A stretch of 64,000 nucleotides of DNA from Candidatus Hodarchaeota archaeon (GCA_048886685.1 JBHLKM010000015.1:1-64000), one strand, 5' to 3'; shown: positions 39,196 to 49,660, numbered from the stretch's first letter. Notes: generated from the letters alone by a model not told the origin. Numbers and translations: made by a program.

Positions 39196-40989
39196 TCATA
39201 CCTTGATCTTAAGGTCTAATTGCGTTCCTTTCAAAGAATCTAAATCAATTATTGATAAAATTCCTGGTGTAGGGTGGATTCCTAGAGAATTCATAAAATC
39301 TGTTTGACTTTGAAAACAGCCCGAATTAACTAAAGTAATATTATTATAAGTACCCATATCATTAACATGAATGTGTCCTGTGTGAAAAATATCTGGTATT
39401 TTATCTATTACAAGCCAATCTTTATTAATAGGTGCTATTTGAGTTTTTTTACCATAAACAGGAGCTAAATGCCGACACTTTAAAAATTCTTTCATTGTTT
39501 CAACGGATTTAGTGTTCTCCATTCCAGGAATCAACATATTTATGTCAAGGATACTATCTCCATGGAATATTAATGTATTTACATTATGAGTGTTAATAAG
39601 TGAAGGATTTCCCACACATCTCACCCCTATATTAATAAGCCCCTCTGAATACTTTTTAGGTACAGCAGGTCTAGGAATAGCATTTCTTACAGGCTCATGA
39701 TTTCCAGAACTATAAAAAATCTTAATATATTCGGGAATTCCCGAGAGTAATTCTGCTGCCTGCTCGAATTGCTTATAAATATTAGATATTAAAAGATCGC
39801 TTCTCTGAGTTGGGTAAACGCCTATTCCATCGACTAAATCTCCATTTATTATGATATATTTAATTCTACCAGCTCTCTCTCTTTGATTTTTATTTCCTAT
39901 TTTTCCATTTAAAAAACTTATAAATCTCTTCCATAATTTTACTTCAAATTCTTTACTACCTATATGGGTATCGGAAATTAAAGCAATCGATAACGGGTCA
40001 CTAGATTTGTTTGGTTCATAATCTCTGGGAATATCAATTTTAGTTATATAGTTCCCATAAATTATACCGGATTTCCCTTTATCACCCGGATTATAAGTGC
40101 CCTCTATATAAACCATCTGATCGTGTAGAGTCCTTTCAGCGATTTTTACATTATCTTGATTTTCTGTGTCTTTTTTAATCACTACATTTATTAAACCAGT
40201 GAGATCTTCCAATGTTAATAGGTAAAATCCATTTTTAGTTATTCTAATTTCGTTTACAAGACCAAGAATAGATACTTCTACTTTATTAGATAATCGTAAT
40301 ATATTATTGATATTATCAGCATTGTGGACCTCTGTTCTTTTTCTCATTAGTTTTTGAAGTTTATTGAATTTATCAAATGTTAAATCATAAAAATCTTTAT
40401 AATCTCCATTGGTATACAATTTTCCAGTAGGATCCTTTAAAATTTCAAATTGAGAATTGTATTCTTTTGCTATAGGAGTAAATTTAATTGAAGATCTAGC
40501 ACCTTCTATTAATTTAATTTTAGTTTTTTTATCAACTCCCAAATTCAAAGATTTATCATTCTGTTCCATTGTTGGAAAAAGTTGTTGTTTAAGGTCATTA
40601 TTTATCATAGTTTCACTAGAAATTTCAATTTCTTTACTCGGATTTGGTTCGCTTTCTTTTTGTAAATTATTTAATTGTAACTGCTTTTGGACTTCATTAC
40701 TTTTATCTTTTATCCTTAAATCCTCTTCATCAGAACTTATTTCTTGCTTAATGAGTTTTCTTTTCACGATATTCTTTATTTCTTCATTAGATATTTTATT
40801 TAAAATGTTTTGAGTTAAGTGACTCTTGAAACTAGCTATAAAACTCGTATCTTTAATTATTAGGTTAATCTTATTTAAAGGATTATCTAATTCTAAGATA
40901 AAGTCTAAAAGAGAAGGAGTGATATTTATACCCGAATTCACTAGCTTTTTTACAATGATTCTTTTTACTATAGTATTTTCTGCTCTCAA
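39196..40989 (-). CDS. polB: DNA polymerase D small (proofreading) subunit DP1
   Basis: OB fold, ISDTHIGS, GDLVDGIGVYP, GNHE, FHG, RHLAP, FHTGHIH, NSGCFQ. Confidence 0.96.
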   Translation of the reverse strand: MRAENTIVKRIIVKKLVNSGINITPSLLDFILELDNPLNKINLIIKDTSFIASFKSHLTQNILNKISNEEIKNIVKRKLIKQEISSDEEDLRIKDKSNEVQKQLQLNNLQKESEPNPSKEIEISSETMINNDLKQQLFPTMEQNDKSLNLGVDKKTKIKLIEGARSSIKFTPIAKEYNSQFEILKDPTGKLYTNGDYKDFYDLTFDKFNKLQKLMRKRTEVHNADNINNILRLSNKVEVSILGLVNEIRITKNGFYLLTLEDLTGLINVVIKKDTENQDNVKIAERTLHDQMVYIEGTYNPGDKGKSGIIYGNYITKIDIPRDYEPNKSSDPLSIALISDTHIGSKEFEVKLWKRFISFLNGKIGNKNQRERAGRIKYIIINGDLVDGIGVYPTQRSDLLISNIYKQFEQAAELLSGIPEYIKIFYSSGNHEPVRNAIPRPAVPKKYSEGLINIGVRCVGNPSLINTHNVNTLIFHGDSILDINMLIPGMENTKSVETMKEFLKCRHLAPVYGKKTQIAPINKDWLVIDKIPDIFHTGHIHVNDMGTYNNITLVNSGCFQSQTDFMNSLGIHPTPGILSIIDLDSLKGTQLDLKIKV

Positions 40990-41230
40990 GGTTTACTATT
41001 CCACAATTGAATTGTATTAATTATTATTTAACAAAATTAAATCATTTTTTATTAAAGGAAAAACATAATTTCTATTTATTTCAGTAGAGTGTAATAAATT
41101 AACATTCTCTTGATATTTATAAATGAAATAGCTGATTAATAAATGGATTTAATTTATAGTAGGAAATAACTATAATAATATCGTTAATAATTACTTTATA
41201 CTTGGAATAACTTACTAGAAAGGGTACATT

Positions 41231-44200
41231 ATGGTAGAAATGAATAAAGAAATAGAAGATTACTTTGTTTCAATTCAAAATCGAGTAGATCAATGTTATG
41301 CAATCGCTGAAGAAGCCCGTAGTAAAGGTTTTGATCCAGAGAAATATGTAGAATGTCCTCAAGCAAGGGATTTAGCTGGGAGAGTTGAAAAATTAGTTGG
41401 TCCAGAAGGTATTGCTGAAGTAATAAGAAATTTGAAGAAACACGGACTAACTGATGATGAAATTGTTTTTAAAGTAGTTACTGACATATTAGATAAAAAA
41501 GTTGGAAATATTGAATCACTAGAAGAACGTGTAGAAAGAGCTATAAGAGCAGGATTAGCAATAAAAACGATGGGTGTAGTGAGTGCCCCACTTGAAGGAA
41601 TTTCCAAGATTTTAATACGAGAAGATCAATTCGGTAAGAAATATTTATCTTTATTCTTTGCTGGTCCAATAAGAGCTGCAGGAGGGACAACTACCGCTCT
41701 CTGCGTACTGATTGCTGATTATGTTAGAAAGAAATCAAATATTCCAAAATATGAAGCTACTGAAGCAGAAATCGGAAGATATGTAGAAGAGATAAAACTT
41801 TATGATAGAAACGTTCATTTGCAATATCCTTCTTCAAATCGTGAGATAAGATACGCTGTTAAAAATTTACCAATTGAAATTAATGGTGATGCAACTGAGT
41901 TTGAAGAAGTATCTGCTTTTAGAGACTTACCTAGAATTGAGACGAATAACATACGGGGTGGGGCATGCCTAGTTTTAAATGATGGGATCTTACTAAAAGC
42001 GCCAAAACTTCTGAAAATTGCTAGGGCTATGAATATAGAAGGATGGGATTGGTTAGATGGCTTAAAAAAAATTTCCCAAAAAGAAGAGTCCGAAAAGAGT
42101 CATCCGGATAATCTGAAAGATAAAAAGGAAGTGGTTGAATTTATACCACCAAATTCTAAATATGTTGCTGATATTATTGCTGGCAGACCTGTATTTGGTG
42201 ATCCATCTGAAATTGGAGGTCATAGAGTAAGATACGGGAGATCTCGGAATACTGGATTGGCAGCAGGAGGAATGCACCCTGCAACTATGGGTATTTTAGA
42301 TGATTTTGTGGCCATTGGCACACAGCTTAGAATTGAAAGACCTGGTAAGAGTACAAGCATTTGTCCTGTTAGTGTTATTGAACCACCAATTGTAAAATTA
42401 AAAAATGGGAATATTATTAGAGTTACTTCATATAAAATGTCTAAACAAGTATTTCCGGATATTGAATCAATATTATTTCTTGGAGATATTCTTTTTGGAT
42501 TTGGAGAATTTGCTGAGAATAATCATAAATTAATTCCTTCTGGCTATGTAGAAGAATGGTGGAGTTTAGATTTAAAAAAAGCCATTAAAAATGAAAAAAA
42601 TGTTAATTCTAGGCTTCTAGAATTAATAGAGAATCCTTTCACCCTTCAACCAAGTGCAGAAGAAGCTATTAATTTATCTCACGAGTATAACATCCCCTTA
42701 CATCCTTTTTTCACCGATTTTTGGGGTAATATTTCAATTGAAGAACTCTATACGTTAAGAAAAGCCTTCGTTAGCGGTTTTTCGGATATAGAGAAAAAAA
42801 TAATTTTAACTTACAATGAAGAAATTAAAAATATTCTCGAAAAAGCATTTATCATTCACCAAGTTAAAGAAAACAAAATAGTCTTTAGCAAGAGGATGAA
42901 TATTATCTATGCAGAAATATTTAAGCTAGAAGATAAGAAACAAATCAAATTTGATAAGGGTGATAGTGTTTTTTCATTTTTGAATAAGATTTCTTCAATT
43001 AAAATTAAGAATAAAGCACCTCATTTCATTGGATCTCGCATGGGAAGACCAGAAAAATCTGAAAGAAAAAGTATGAAAGGAGTTCATGCATTATTTCCTT
43101 TAAGTGATAAAGTTGGAAGCTCGAGATCAGTAGAAAAGGCACTTGAACTTCAAAAAGTAAAGATAGATGTGTGTAGAAAAAGGTGTCCGAAATGTGGTAC
43201 GATAAGTATATTTAATACTTGTCCAAAATGTTCTACACACACAGAATTGGGATCAATTTGTGAGAAATGTAAAAAATTATACCCTCCTAGCGAACCAAAA
43301 AATGAGGAAAGATGTCCTCAATGTAATGGAAGGTTGAAGGCATCTAATGAAGCAATTTTTAATCTTGAAAATCATATTAATTCAATTTTAAGAACTTTAC
43401 AATTACCTCTTCCAAAAAAGTTAAAAGGTATTTACGGGTTGACTAATCAGTTTAAAGTTCCTGAACCTTTAGAAAAAGGCATTTTGAGAGCTAAAAACGA
43501 TGTTTTAGTATATAAGACTGCTGAAATAAGATATGATGCTACTGATATACCTTTATCCCATTTTATGCCAGAAGAAATTGGGATATCAATTAAACAACTT
43601 AAAGAGTTGGGCTATAGTTATGATTATAAAGGAGAGCTTTTAACTCATGACAAACAAATTGTAGAACTAAGAGTGCAAGATGTAATTCTTTCAGATGATT
43701 GCGCTAACTATTTTATTAAAGTAACAAATTTCTTGGACGATGAGTTAGAATATTTTTATAGGATGGATCGTTTTTATAATATTTCTAAAAGAGAAGATCT
43801 GATTGGACATTTAGTCGTGGGTTTAGCACCACATACTAGTGCGGGGATAATTGGACGCATAATAGGATTTAGCCCTGCAAGATCTATTTATGCTCATCAT
43901 TTTTGGCATGCTGCAAAAAGAAGAAACTGTGATGGGGATGAAGACGGAATTATGTTATTATTAGATCCTCTTCTAAATTTTTCACGACATTATTTACCAA
44001 ATAAAATTGGGGGTAGAATGGATGCAACCTTAGTAATTTCATCAATATTAGATCCAAATGAAATAGATGTTGAAGCTCATAATGTAGATGTAATGTTTAG
44101 ATATCCTTTAGAATTTTATGAGGCTACTGAAATTTATTCAATGCCGTCTGAAATTGAGGAAGTTATGGATTTAGTTAAGGATCGTCTGACAACACCAGAA

Positions 44201-44686
44201 CAATATGAAAATCTTGGATATAATATTCCTACAGAAAATATAACGGAAGGTCCTAAAACTACAGCATATAAATTATATGAATCTATAGATGACAAAATAG
44301 ATGCACAATTACATCTGGGAAAAATCATTAGGGCTGTTGATGTAAGAAAAGTTGCAGAGAAAATATTAGCAACTCATTTTAATCCCGACATTTTAGGAAA
44401 TCTAAGAAAGTTTAGTGTACAGGAATTTAGGTGTGTTAAATGCAATTCAAAATATCGAAGACCGCCCATTTCAAATGCAGGAAAATGTCCTAAATGTGGA
44501 AATAAAATAATATTAACTGTAAATCGTGGAGGAATTGAAAAGTATATTCCTAGAGCTTTAAAGCTTTGTAAGAATTTTAATTTAGATGAGTATACTGTTC
44601 AAAGAATGGAATTAATTGAAGAATATGTAGAGAGTTTAACTAACAATCCAAAGATTAAGCAATATAAATTAGGCGACTTCTTCTAG
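41231..44686 (+). CDS. polC: DNA polymerase D large subunit DP2
   Basis: FAGPIRAAGGT, YGRSRNTG, catalytic RRNCDGDED, C-terminal Zn ribbon and PIP-like QYKLGDFF; no intein. Confidence 0.98.
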   Translation: MVEMNKEIEDYFVSIQNRVDQCYAIAEEARSKGFDPEKYVECPQARDLAGRVEKLVGPEGIAEVIRNLKKHGLTDDEIVFKVVTDILDKKVGNIESLEERVERAIRAGLAIKTMGVVSAPLEGISKILIREDQFGKKYLSLFFAGPIRAAGGTTTALCVLIADYVRKKSNIPKYEATEAEIGRYVEEIKLYDRNVHLQYPSSNREIRYAVKNLPIEINGDATEFEEVSAFRDLPRIETNNIRGGACLVLNDGILLKAPKLLKIARAMNIEGWDWLDGLKKISQKEESEKSHPDNLKDKKEVVEFIPPNSKYVADIIAGRPVFGDPSEIGGHRVRYGRSRNTGLAAGGMHPATMGILDDFVAIGTQLRIERPGKSTSICPVSVIEPPIVKLKNGNIIRVTSYKMSKQVFPDIESILFLGDILFGFGEFAENNHKLIPSGYVEEWWSLDLKKAIKNEKNVNSRLLELIENPFTLQPSAEEAINLSHEYNIPLHPFFTDFWGNISIEELYTLRKAFVSGFSDIEKKIILTYNEEIKNILEKAFIIHQVKENKIVFSKRMNIIYAEIFKLEDKKQIKFDKGDSVFSFLNKISSIKIKNKAPHFIGSRMGRPEKSERKSMKGVHALFPLSDKVGSSRSVEKALELQKVKIDVCRKRCPKCGTISIFNTCPKCSTHTELGSICEKCKKLYPPSEPKNEERCPQCNGRLKASNEAIFNLENHINSILRTLQLPLPKKLKGIYGLTNQFKVPEPLEKGILRAKNDVLVYKTAEIRYDATDIPLSHFMPEEIGISIKQLKELGYSYDYKGELLTHDKQIVELRVQDVILSDDCANYFIKVTNFLDDELEYFYRMDRFYNISKREDLIGHLVVGLAPHTSAGIIGRIIGFSPARSIYAHHFWHAAKRRNCDGDEDGIMLLLDPLLNFSRHYLPNKIGGRMDATLVISSILDPNEIDVEAHNVDVMFRYPLEFYEATEIYSMPSEIEEVMDLVKDRLTTPEQYENLGYNIPTENITEGPKTTAYKLYESIDDKIDAQLHLGKIIRAVDVRKVAEKILATHFNPDILGNLRKFSVQEFRCVKCNSKYRRPPISNAGKCPKCGNKIILTVNRGGIEKYIPRALKLCKNFNLDEYTVQRMELIEEYVESLTNNPKIKQYKLGDFF

Positions 44687-44724
44687 TTCATTTTTTTCCT
44701 AAAGAGATTATGATAATACAAAAT

Positions 44725-44876
44725 TGCAGGAGGTGGGATTTTCGAGAGAGATCAATATGATCTTTTATCAATATTCGAACCCACGAAGACCTATGTCACT
44801 AGAGCCTCAGTCTAGCGCCGCTGACCGCTTGCTCAAATTAATGAACTAAGCTTAGACCAGGCTTGGCAACTCCTGC
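44725..44876 (-). tRNA. tRNA-Leu(GAG) with two BHB introns (44821-44852 in the D arm; 44739-44773 in the T loop)
   Basis: Acceptor GCAGGAG/CTCCTGC, anticodon arm CTAGA-CTGAGGC-TCTAG, long variable arm; 85 nt after removing 32 and 35 nt. Confidence 0.92.
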
Positions 44877-45172
44877 TTTATATTAGTTTGTTTATACTTT
44901 TTCTCTAAATATAAAAAAACAAATAATATAGGTGCTATTGAATTTAGATAATGTAGACAATTTTTAAAATCTTTTTTCTTCATTATTAGTAATTACTGTT
45001 TTAAATAATAAACGCGATTTTAGCTTCATGGTCTACTTAATTTTTTAAACTAAATCTGTGATGAAGGATTATCGTTTTCTATAAATTTTTAAGATAAACT
45101 TATTATATTAAATATTAAATCTTAGTTATATTATAATGCATTTAAAATCAAATTACTGAGGTTAATATATTC

Positions 45173-46186
45173 ATGTCGGTTGATCGTGATAAACTAGAGG
45201 CACTGTTGAAGTGGTATAAGCAAGAAATAGGAAAAAATTTGATTGCTGCTATTATTGTAAATAGAGAAGGATTAGTAATGGCAGCTTTAAAAGGGGAGTC
45301 TGAAACAGAAGTGGAAGAAGATATAATTGGGGGTGTTAGTGCATTAGTAGAACCTGTTCTAACTAGGATCACTGAAGAATTTAGTTCGGGTGCTTTCGGA
45401 ACAGGTACATTTGATACAGAAGAACATCGGATTATTTTTTGCGAAGCAGGACTTGAAGCGATTTTTGTTACTGTCTTAGATTCAATTGCTATGGTTGATC
45501 CAATTTTTCCATATGCCTATTTAGCTGCAGAGAAGATCGCTCGAATATTTGATGGAAGACCAGTAAGTCCTGTAATTCCAAAACTTATTTTAGACCAAAA
45601 TGTTCAAAATATTGAAAGAAAAGTGGATAAACTTCAAAAAATTAAGATACAATCAGGAGAATACGCATATAAACTAATTTTAGGGGGTGAAGGAGGAGTA
45701 GGTAAAACAAGCATGGTTCACCGTTTTGTTGAAAATTCATTTCAAACGGATTATAAATCTACGATAGGGACATCAATAATGAAAAAAGAATGTGATTTTG
45801 AAGGATTAGAATCAAAAGTCCGTTTTGTTCTTTGGGATTTGGCGGGACAAGCACAATTTAAACGTGTAAGACAATCTTATTTATCTAATGCTGAAGCTGG
45901 TATTTTGGTCTATGATGTGACTCGTAAAGAGACTTTTGATAGTACAGAAAATTGGTTTAATGAAATAAAAGACATTTCACCGGCAATTTCTTTAATCTTA
46001 GTGGGAAATAAAATAGATCTGAAAGAAGAGAGAGTTATTTCTACTGAGGCTGGAGAGGAGCTGGCAAAAAAATTAAATCTTTCATATATTGAAACATCAG
46101 CTAAAACAGGCGAAAACATCAATGATGCATTTAAAATGCTTGCTTTACAAATTATAAAACGATATGTTTTTACGGAAGAAGTGTAA
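45173..46186 (+). CDS. Roadblock domain fused to a Rab-like small GTPase
   Basis: AAIIVNREGLVMA roadblock start; GEGGVGKT, YKSTIG, WDLAGQ, NKID, ETSAK. Confidence 0.92.
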   Translation: MSVDRDKLEALLKWYKQEIGKNLIAAIIVNREGLVMAALKGESETEVEEDIIGGVSALVEPVLTRITEEFSSGAFGTGTFDTEEHRIIFCEAGLEAIFVTVLDSIAMVDPIFPYAYLAAEKIARIFDGRPVSPVIPKLILDQNVQNIERKVDKLQKIKIQSGEYAYKLILGGEGGVGKTSMVHRFVENSFQTDYKSTIGTSIMKKECDFEGLESKVRFVLWDLAGQAQFKRVRQSYLSNAEAGILVYDVTRKETFDSTENWFNEIKDISPAISLILVGNKIDLKEERVISTEAGEELAKKLNLSYIETSAKTGENINDAFKMLALQIIKRYVFTEEV

Positions 46187-46190
46187 TTAG

Positions 46191-46292
46191 AGCCTCTGGG
46201 GGGAATTGAACCCCCGATCTACAGATTACGAATCTTTAACATTTTCATCAAAATGAATTTAAATGTTGCTGTAACCACTAAGCTACAGAGGC
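46191..46292 (-). tRNA. tRNA-Thr(CGT) with a 29-nt BHB intron (46236-46264) at about position 28/29
   Basis: Acceptor GCCTCTG/CAGAGGC; splicing rebuilds ACAGA-TTCGTAA-TCTGT; 73 nt mature. Confidence 0.92.
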
Positions 46293-46602
46293 AGACTATC
46301 ATTTTTATCCAAAATCAATATATTGTAATATTCTATTAAAAAAAAATTTTAGTCATATTTTAGTTTTAATACTAAAATCTAAAGATAAAATTTAACGATT
46401 TAAAATCATATAAAGCCTATATTTCTTCATCTGCCTCTTTTTCATTAAGATTGTCTTGAAATTCAATCAATTAAAATCACAAGTATTTATTCGATATTTT
46501 GATAAGAAATGAATTGAAAGTATTTAAAGAAAAATACGGAAAAATATTAGTAAGTGTATTCTTTTAAACATATGTAAATTAAAAAATTTTAAATTTTATC
46601 TT

Positions 46603-47628
46603 ATGGATACCAATCTTCAGGTAGGAAATCTTGGAGAAAATAAATTAATAGAACTTATTGAAGATTTGATATTAGAAAAAACTGGAAAAGTTTTATTAAG
46701 CGATGATTCTTTTTTTTTCAGCCCTAAAAGCGAAAATTTGGATGATATATTAGTTTTGAATTCAGATATGTTAGTTGCTACTACTGACGTTCCACCCCTA
46801 ATGAATTTCTATCAAATTGGAAAGAAATCAGTAATAATGAATATTAGTGATTTACTAGTTAAAGGTGTTGAACCTAAGGGAATAGTTATATCCTTAGGCT
46901 TACCAAAGGAACTTAAAAAAGTAAATTTCATTGAAATTATAAATGGGATAATCGAGTGTTCAATGAAATTTAATCTTGGATATATTGGAGGAGATATTAA
47001 TGAAACAAAAGAATTAATAATAAATCCTACAGTATTTGGTTTCAAAAATCCATCAGAGATCATTTTTCGAAAGGGGATAAATATAGATGATATTTTGGTT
47101 GTTAATAATAAATTTGGATTAACTGGTGTAGGATTTGACATTCTTTTAAACAGAAACGGAGATTTAGAAAGCTTTCCAAATTATAAAAGATCTATTATGA
47201 GTGTATTAGAACCTGATATCTCTGGAAATGAGGCATTAATTTTATCGGAGAGAAAGTTAGCAACTTCAAGTATAGATTCATCAGACGGATTGTCAAAATC
47301 TTTACTTGATCTAATGATATCAAATCCCAATTTAGGATTCGAAATTGCTTTTAATGAAAATCTAATCGCCCCGGAAGCCATAACCTATTCTCAAGAATTC
47401 AATCTCCCCTTGGAAAATCTCATATTCAATGGGGGTGAAGAATTTATTCACATATTTACGATACCTGAAAAAAATTTCTCCAAGGCAAAAAAAGAAATAC
47501 AAATAACAGGTGGAAAACTTTTTAAAATTGGAAAGGTAATATATGGAGAAAATATATATATCTTAAAACACAATAAAAGAAGTGAATTAAAAACCTATGG
47601 ATTTGAGCATTTCCATAAAAAAGCTTAA
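46603..47628 (+). CDS. thiL: Thiamine-monophosphate kinase
   Basis: GE..LI, SDD, NISDL, IGGDIN, IDSSDGL, GGEEF. Confidence 0.93.
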   Translation: MDTNLQVGNLGENKLIELIEDLILEKTGKVLLSDDSFFFSPKSENLDDILVLNSDMLVATTDVPPLMNFYQIGKKSVIMNISDLLVKGVEPKGIVISLGLPKELKKVNFIEIINGIIECSMKFNLGYIGGDINETKELIINPTVFGFKNPSEIIFRKGINIDDILVVNNKFGLTGVGFDILLNRNGDLESFPNYKRSIMSVLEPDISGNEALILSERKLATSSIDSSDGLSKSLLDLMISNPNLGFEIAFNENLIAPEAITYSQEFNLPLENLIFNGGEEFIHIFTIPEKNFSKAKKEIQITGGKLFKIGKVIYGENIYILKHNKRSELKTYGFEHFHKKA

Positions 47629-47740
47629 GATAGTAATGGTTAGTTATAGTTTCTTCAAAAATTAAAGAAGAGGCACTCTATTAAATAAAATTTTTATATT
47701 ATCATTGATTTATTGCATATACCTTCCATACTTTCATTAT

Positions 47741-47844
47741 GGGCTATTGGCGCAGGCAGGTAGCGCAACAGGCTTTTAACCTGAAATTTGTGAGGGGTCC
47801 TCTCATGAATAGGAAGGTCAGGGGTTCAATTCCCCTATAGCCCG
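47741..47844 (+). tRNA. tRNA-Lys(TTT) with a 30-nt BHB intron (47786-47815) at about position 44/45
   Basis: Acceptor GGGCTAT/ATAGCCC, D stem GCGC/GCGC, loop CTTTTAA; 74 nt mature. Confidence 0.92.
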
Positions 47845-47991
47845 TACATAATATACACATTCTATAGATGAGAAGAAATTACTTTTTTACCGAGATTTTA
47901 AATCTGGATATAATTAAACCATTTTTTAAGTAATGTTTATGAAATTTCAAATTTTATAATTACATAAAGAGTTCCCTCACAATTTTCAAGT

Positions 47992-48996
47992 ATGGCATTT
48001 AAAGAATTTAAATTACCTTCTGACGAACCTGAGCAATTATTAGTTAAATCTCAAGATATTACCAATCCAAATTATGGATGTGAACCAGAAAGTAGGACCA
48101 TAACAAATCTTTTACAGTATGGAGTAATAAATTTGGATAAACCAAGTGGTCCAACTAGTCACGAAGTGGTATCTTGGGTTCGTAAAATTTTAGGTATCTC
48201 AAATGCAGGACATGGAGGCACTTTAGATCCTAAAGTTACTGGGGTATTACCCTGTGCTCTTGGAAGAGCTACACGAGCTTTATCATCGTTATTGAATGCT
48301 GGTAAAGAATATATAGGAGTGCTTTATCTACATTCTCCCGAAAAATTGATGAGAATTGAAAAAATATTTAAATTATTCACCGGAAAGATTTATCAAAGAC
48401 CTCCCCTAATATCATCAGTAGCGAGAAAACTTAGAGTCAGAGAAATATATTATAGCCAAGTTATTGAAGTGAAAGACAATCATGTTTTATTTAGAATAGG
48501 ATGTGAAGCAGGAACTTATATACGTAAATTATGTTTTGATATTGGAGAAGCTCTCTGTTCTGGTGCCCATATGTTAGAGCTGCGAAGAACTCGAGTTGGA
48601 AAATTTACAGAGAACAATAATCTAGTTACACTCCAAAATCTAAAGGACGCCTATACAGTTTATCAAATGGAGAACGACGATTATTATTTAAAAAAGATCA
48701 TTTTTCCAATGGAAAAAATGGTTTCCCATTTACCAAAAATCTATATTCGAGATACTGCTGTTGATGCTATATGCCATGGTGCAGATTTAGCTTCGGCGGG
48801 TATATGCCATATTGATGCTAGAATAAAACCTAACATGCTAGTTGCCATAATGACCTTGAAAAAAGAATTAATTGGATTTGGTACTTCACTAAAAAACGCT
48901 ATGCAAATGTATAAAGCTAAATCAGGAATATTAGTAAAAACAAATAAAGTTTTTATGGAGAGGGGAATATACCCTCGGTGGAATGAAAAAAAATAG
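47992..48996 (+). CDS. cbf5: H/ACA pseudouridine synthase Cbf5
   Basis: LDKPSGPTSHEV, GHGGTLDPKVTG, GTYIRKLC, PUA domain; uninterrupted. Confidence 0.97.
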   Translation: MAFKEFKLPSDEPEQLLVKSQDITNPNYGCEPESRTITNLLQYGVINLDKPSGPTSHEVVSWVRKILGISNAGHGGTLDPKVTGVLPCALGRATRALSSLLNAGKEYIGVLYLHSPEKLMRIEKIFKLFTGKIYQRPPLISSVARKLRVREIYYSQVIEVKDNHVLFRIGCEAGTYIRKLCFDIGEALCSGAHMLELRRTRVGKFTENNNLVTLQNLKDAYTVYQMENDDYYLKKIIFPMEKMVSHLPKIYIRDTAVDAICHGADLASAGICHIDARIKPNMLVAIMTLKKELIGFGTSLKNAMQMYKAKSGILVKTNKVFMERGIYPRWNEKK

Positions 48997-49024
48997 AAAG
49001 ATTAATTTTTGACTGTTTACTACC

Positions 49025-49660
49025 ATGGAAAATAATAATCAACACTATTATAGTGAATTTCCCGACGTAGGAGTTAAAGTTTATACAATTTCTGAAAGTC
49101 TGAGAAGGCATCTTTACATTTTTAAAACAATTACGGGAGTATTTTCTTTCCGTAAAATAGATTTAGGTACGAAAATTTTGATTGAACATATGGTTATTCC
49201 TAAGGAGCCTAGTGTTCTGCTTGATTTAGGGTGTGGATATGGACCCATTGGCATTGTTTTAGGTTTTGAATCACCACATAGTCTAGTGTATTTAATAGAT
49301 ATTAATAAACATGCTATTTGGTGTGCTAAAGAAAACATTAAAATTAATATAAATAGAGATAAAAAAAGGGTATTTACATTATCTGGAAATTATTTTGAAC
49401 CTATCAAGAATAAGAAACTAACCTTTAATGAAATTTACATGAATCCTCCTCTACGACAAGGTAGAAAAGAGTTTTTGGATTTGTTTGAAATTATTCCGAA
49501 ATATTTAAAATCGGAGGGTTCTTTTCAATTTGTAATCAAAAAGAAAATGGGAGCACCTCATATTCTTAATTTTATTAGCAAAAGTTATCCAGATAATGAT
49601 ATTGAGATAATTTGTAAAAGAAGTGGTTATTGGGTTTTTAGATTTTTTCAAGTTAATTAA
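49025..49660 (+). CDS. RsmC/MTS-family class I SAM methyltransferase
   Basis: GVFS..KIDLGT, LDLGCGYGPIG, NPPLRQG. Confidence 0.9.
   Translation: MENNNQHYYSEFPDVGVKVYTISESLRRHLYIFKTITGVFSFRKIDLGTKILIEHMVIPKEPSVLLDLGCGYGPIGIVLGFESPHSLVYLIDINKHAIWCAKENIKININRDKKRVFTLSGNYFEPIKNKKLTFNEIYMNPPLRQGRKEFLDLFEIIPKYLKSEGSFQFVIKKKMGAPHILNFISKSYPDNDIEIICKRSGYWVFRFFQVN

Noticed and set aside
41231-44686. Inteins in DP2 (also checked in RtcB, Cdc6 and RpoB)
   Set aside because: Lengths are normal and motifs contiguous.
45055-45160. C/D box sRNA starting at GTGATGA (similar candidates near 9460 and 10643)
   Set aside because: No suitably spaced D/D' CTGA boxes or recognisable guide sequences.
46410-46470. 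Short minus-strand ORF next to tRNA-Thr as an integration remnant
   Set aside because: Only 17 codons; no duplicated tRNA 3' end or integrase nearby.
47992-48996. Intron in cbf5, the classic archaeal mRNA-intron host
   Set aside because: The frame is continuous through GPTSHEV and GHGGTLDPKV; no insert is present.
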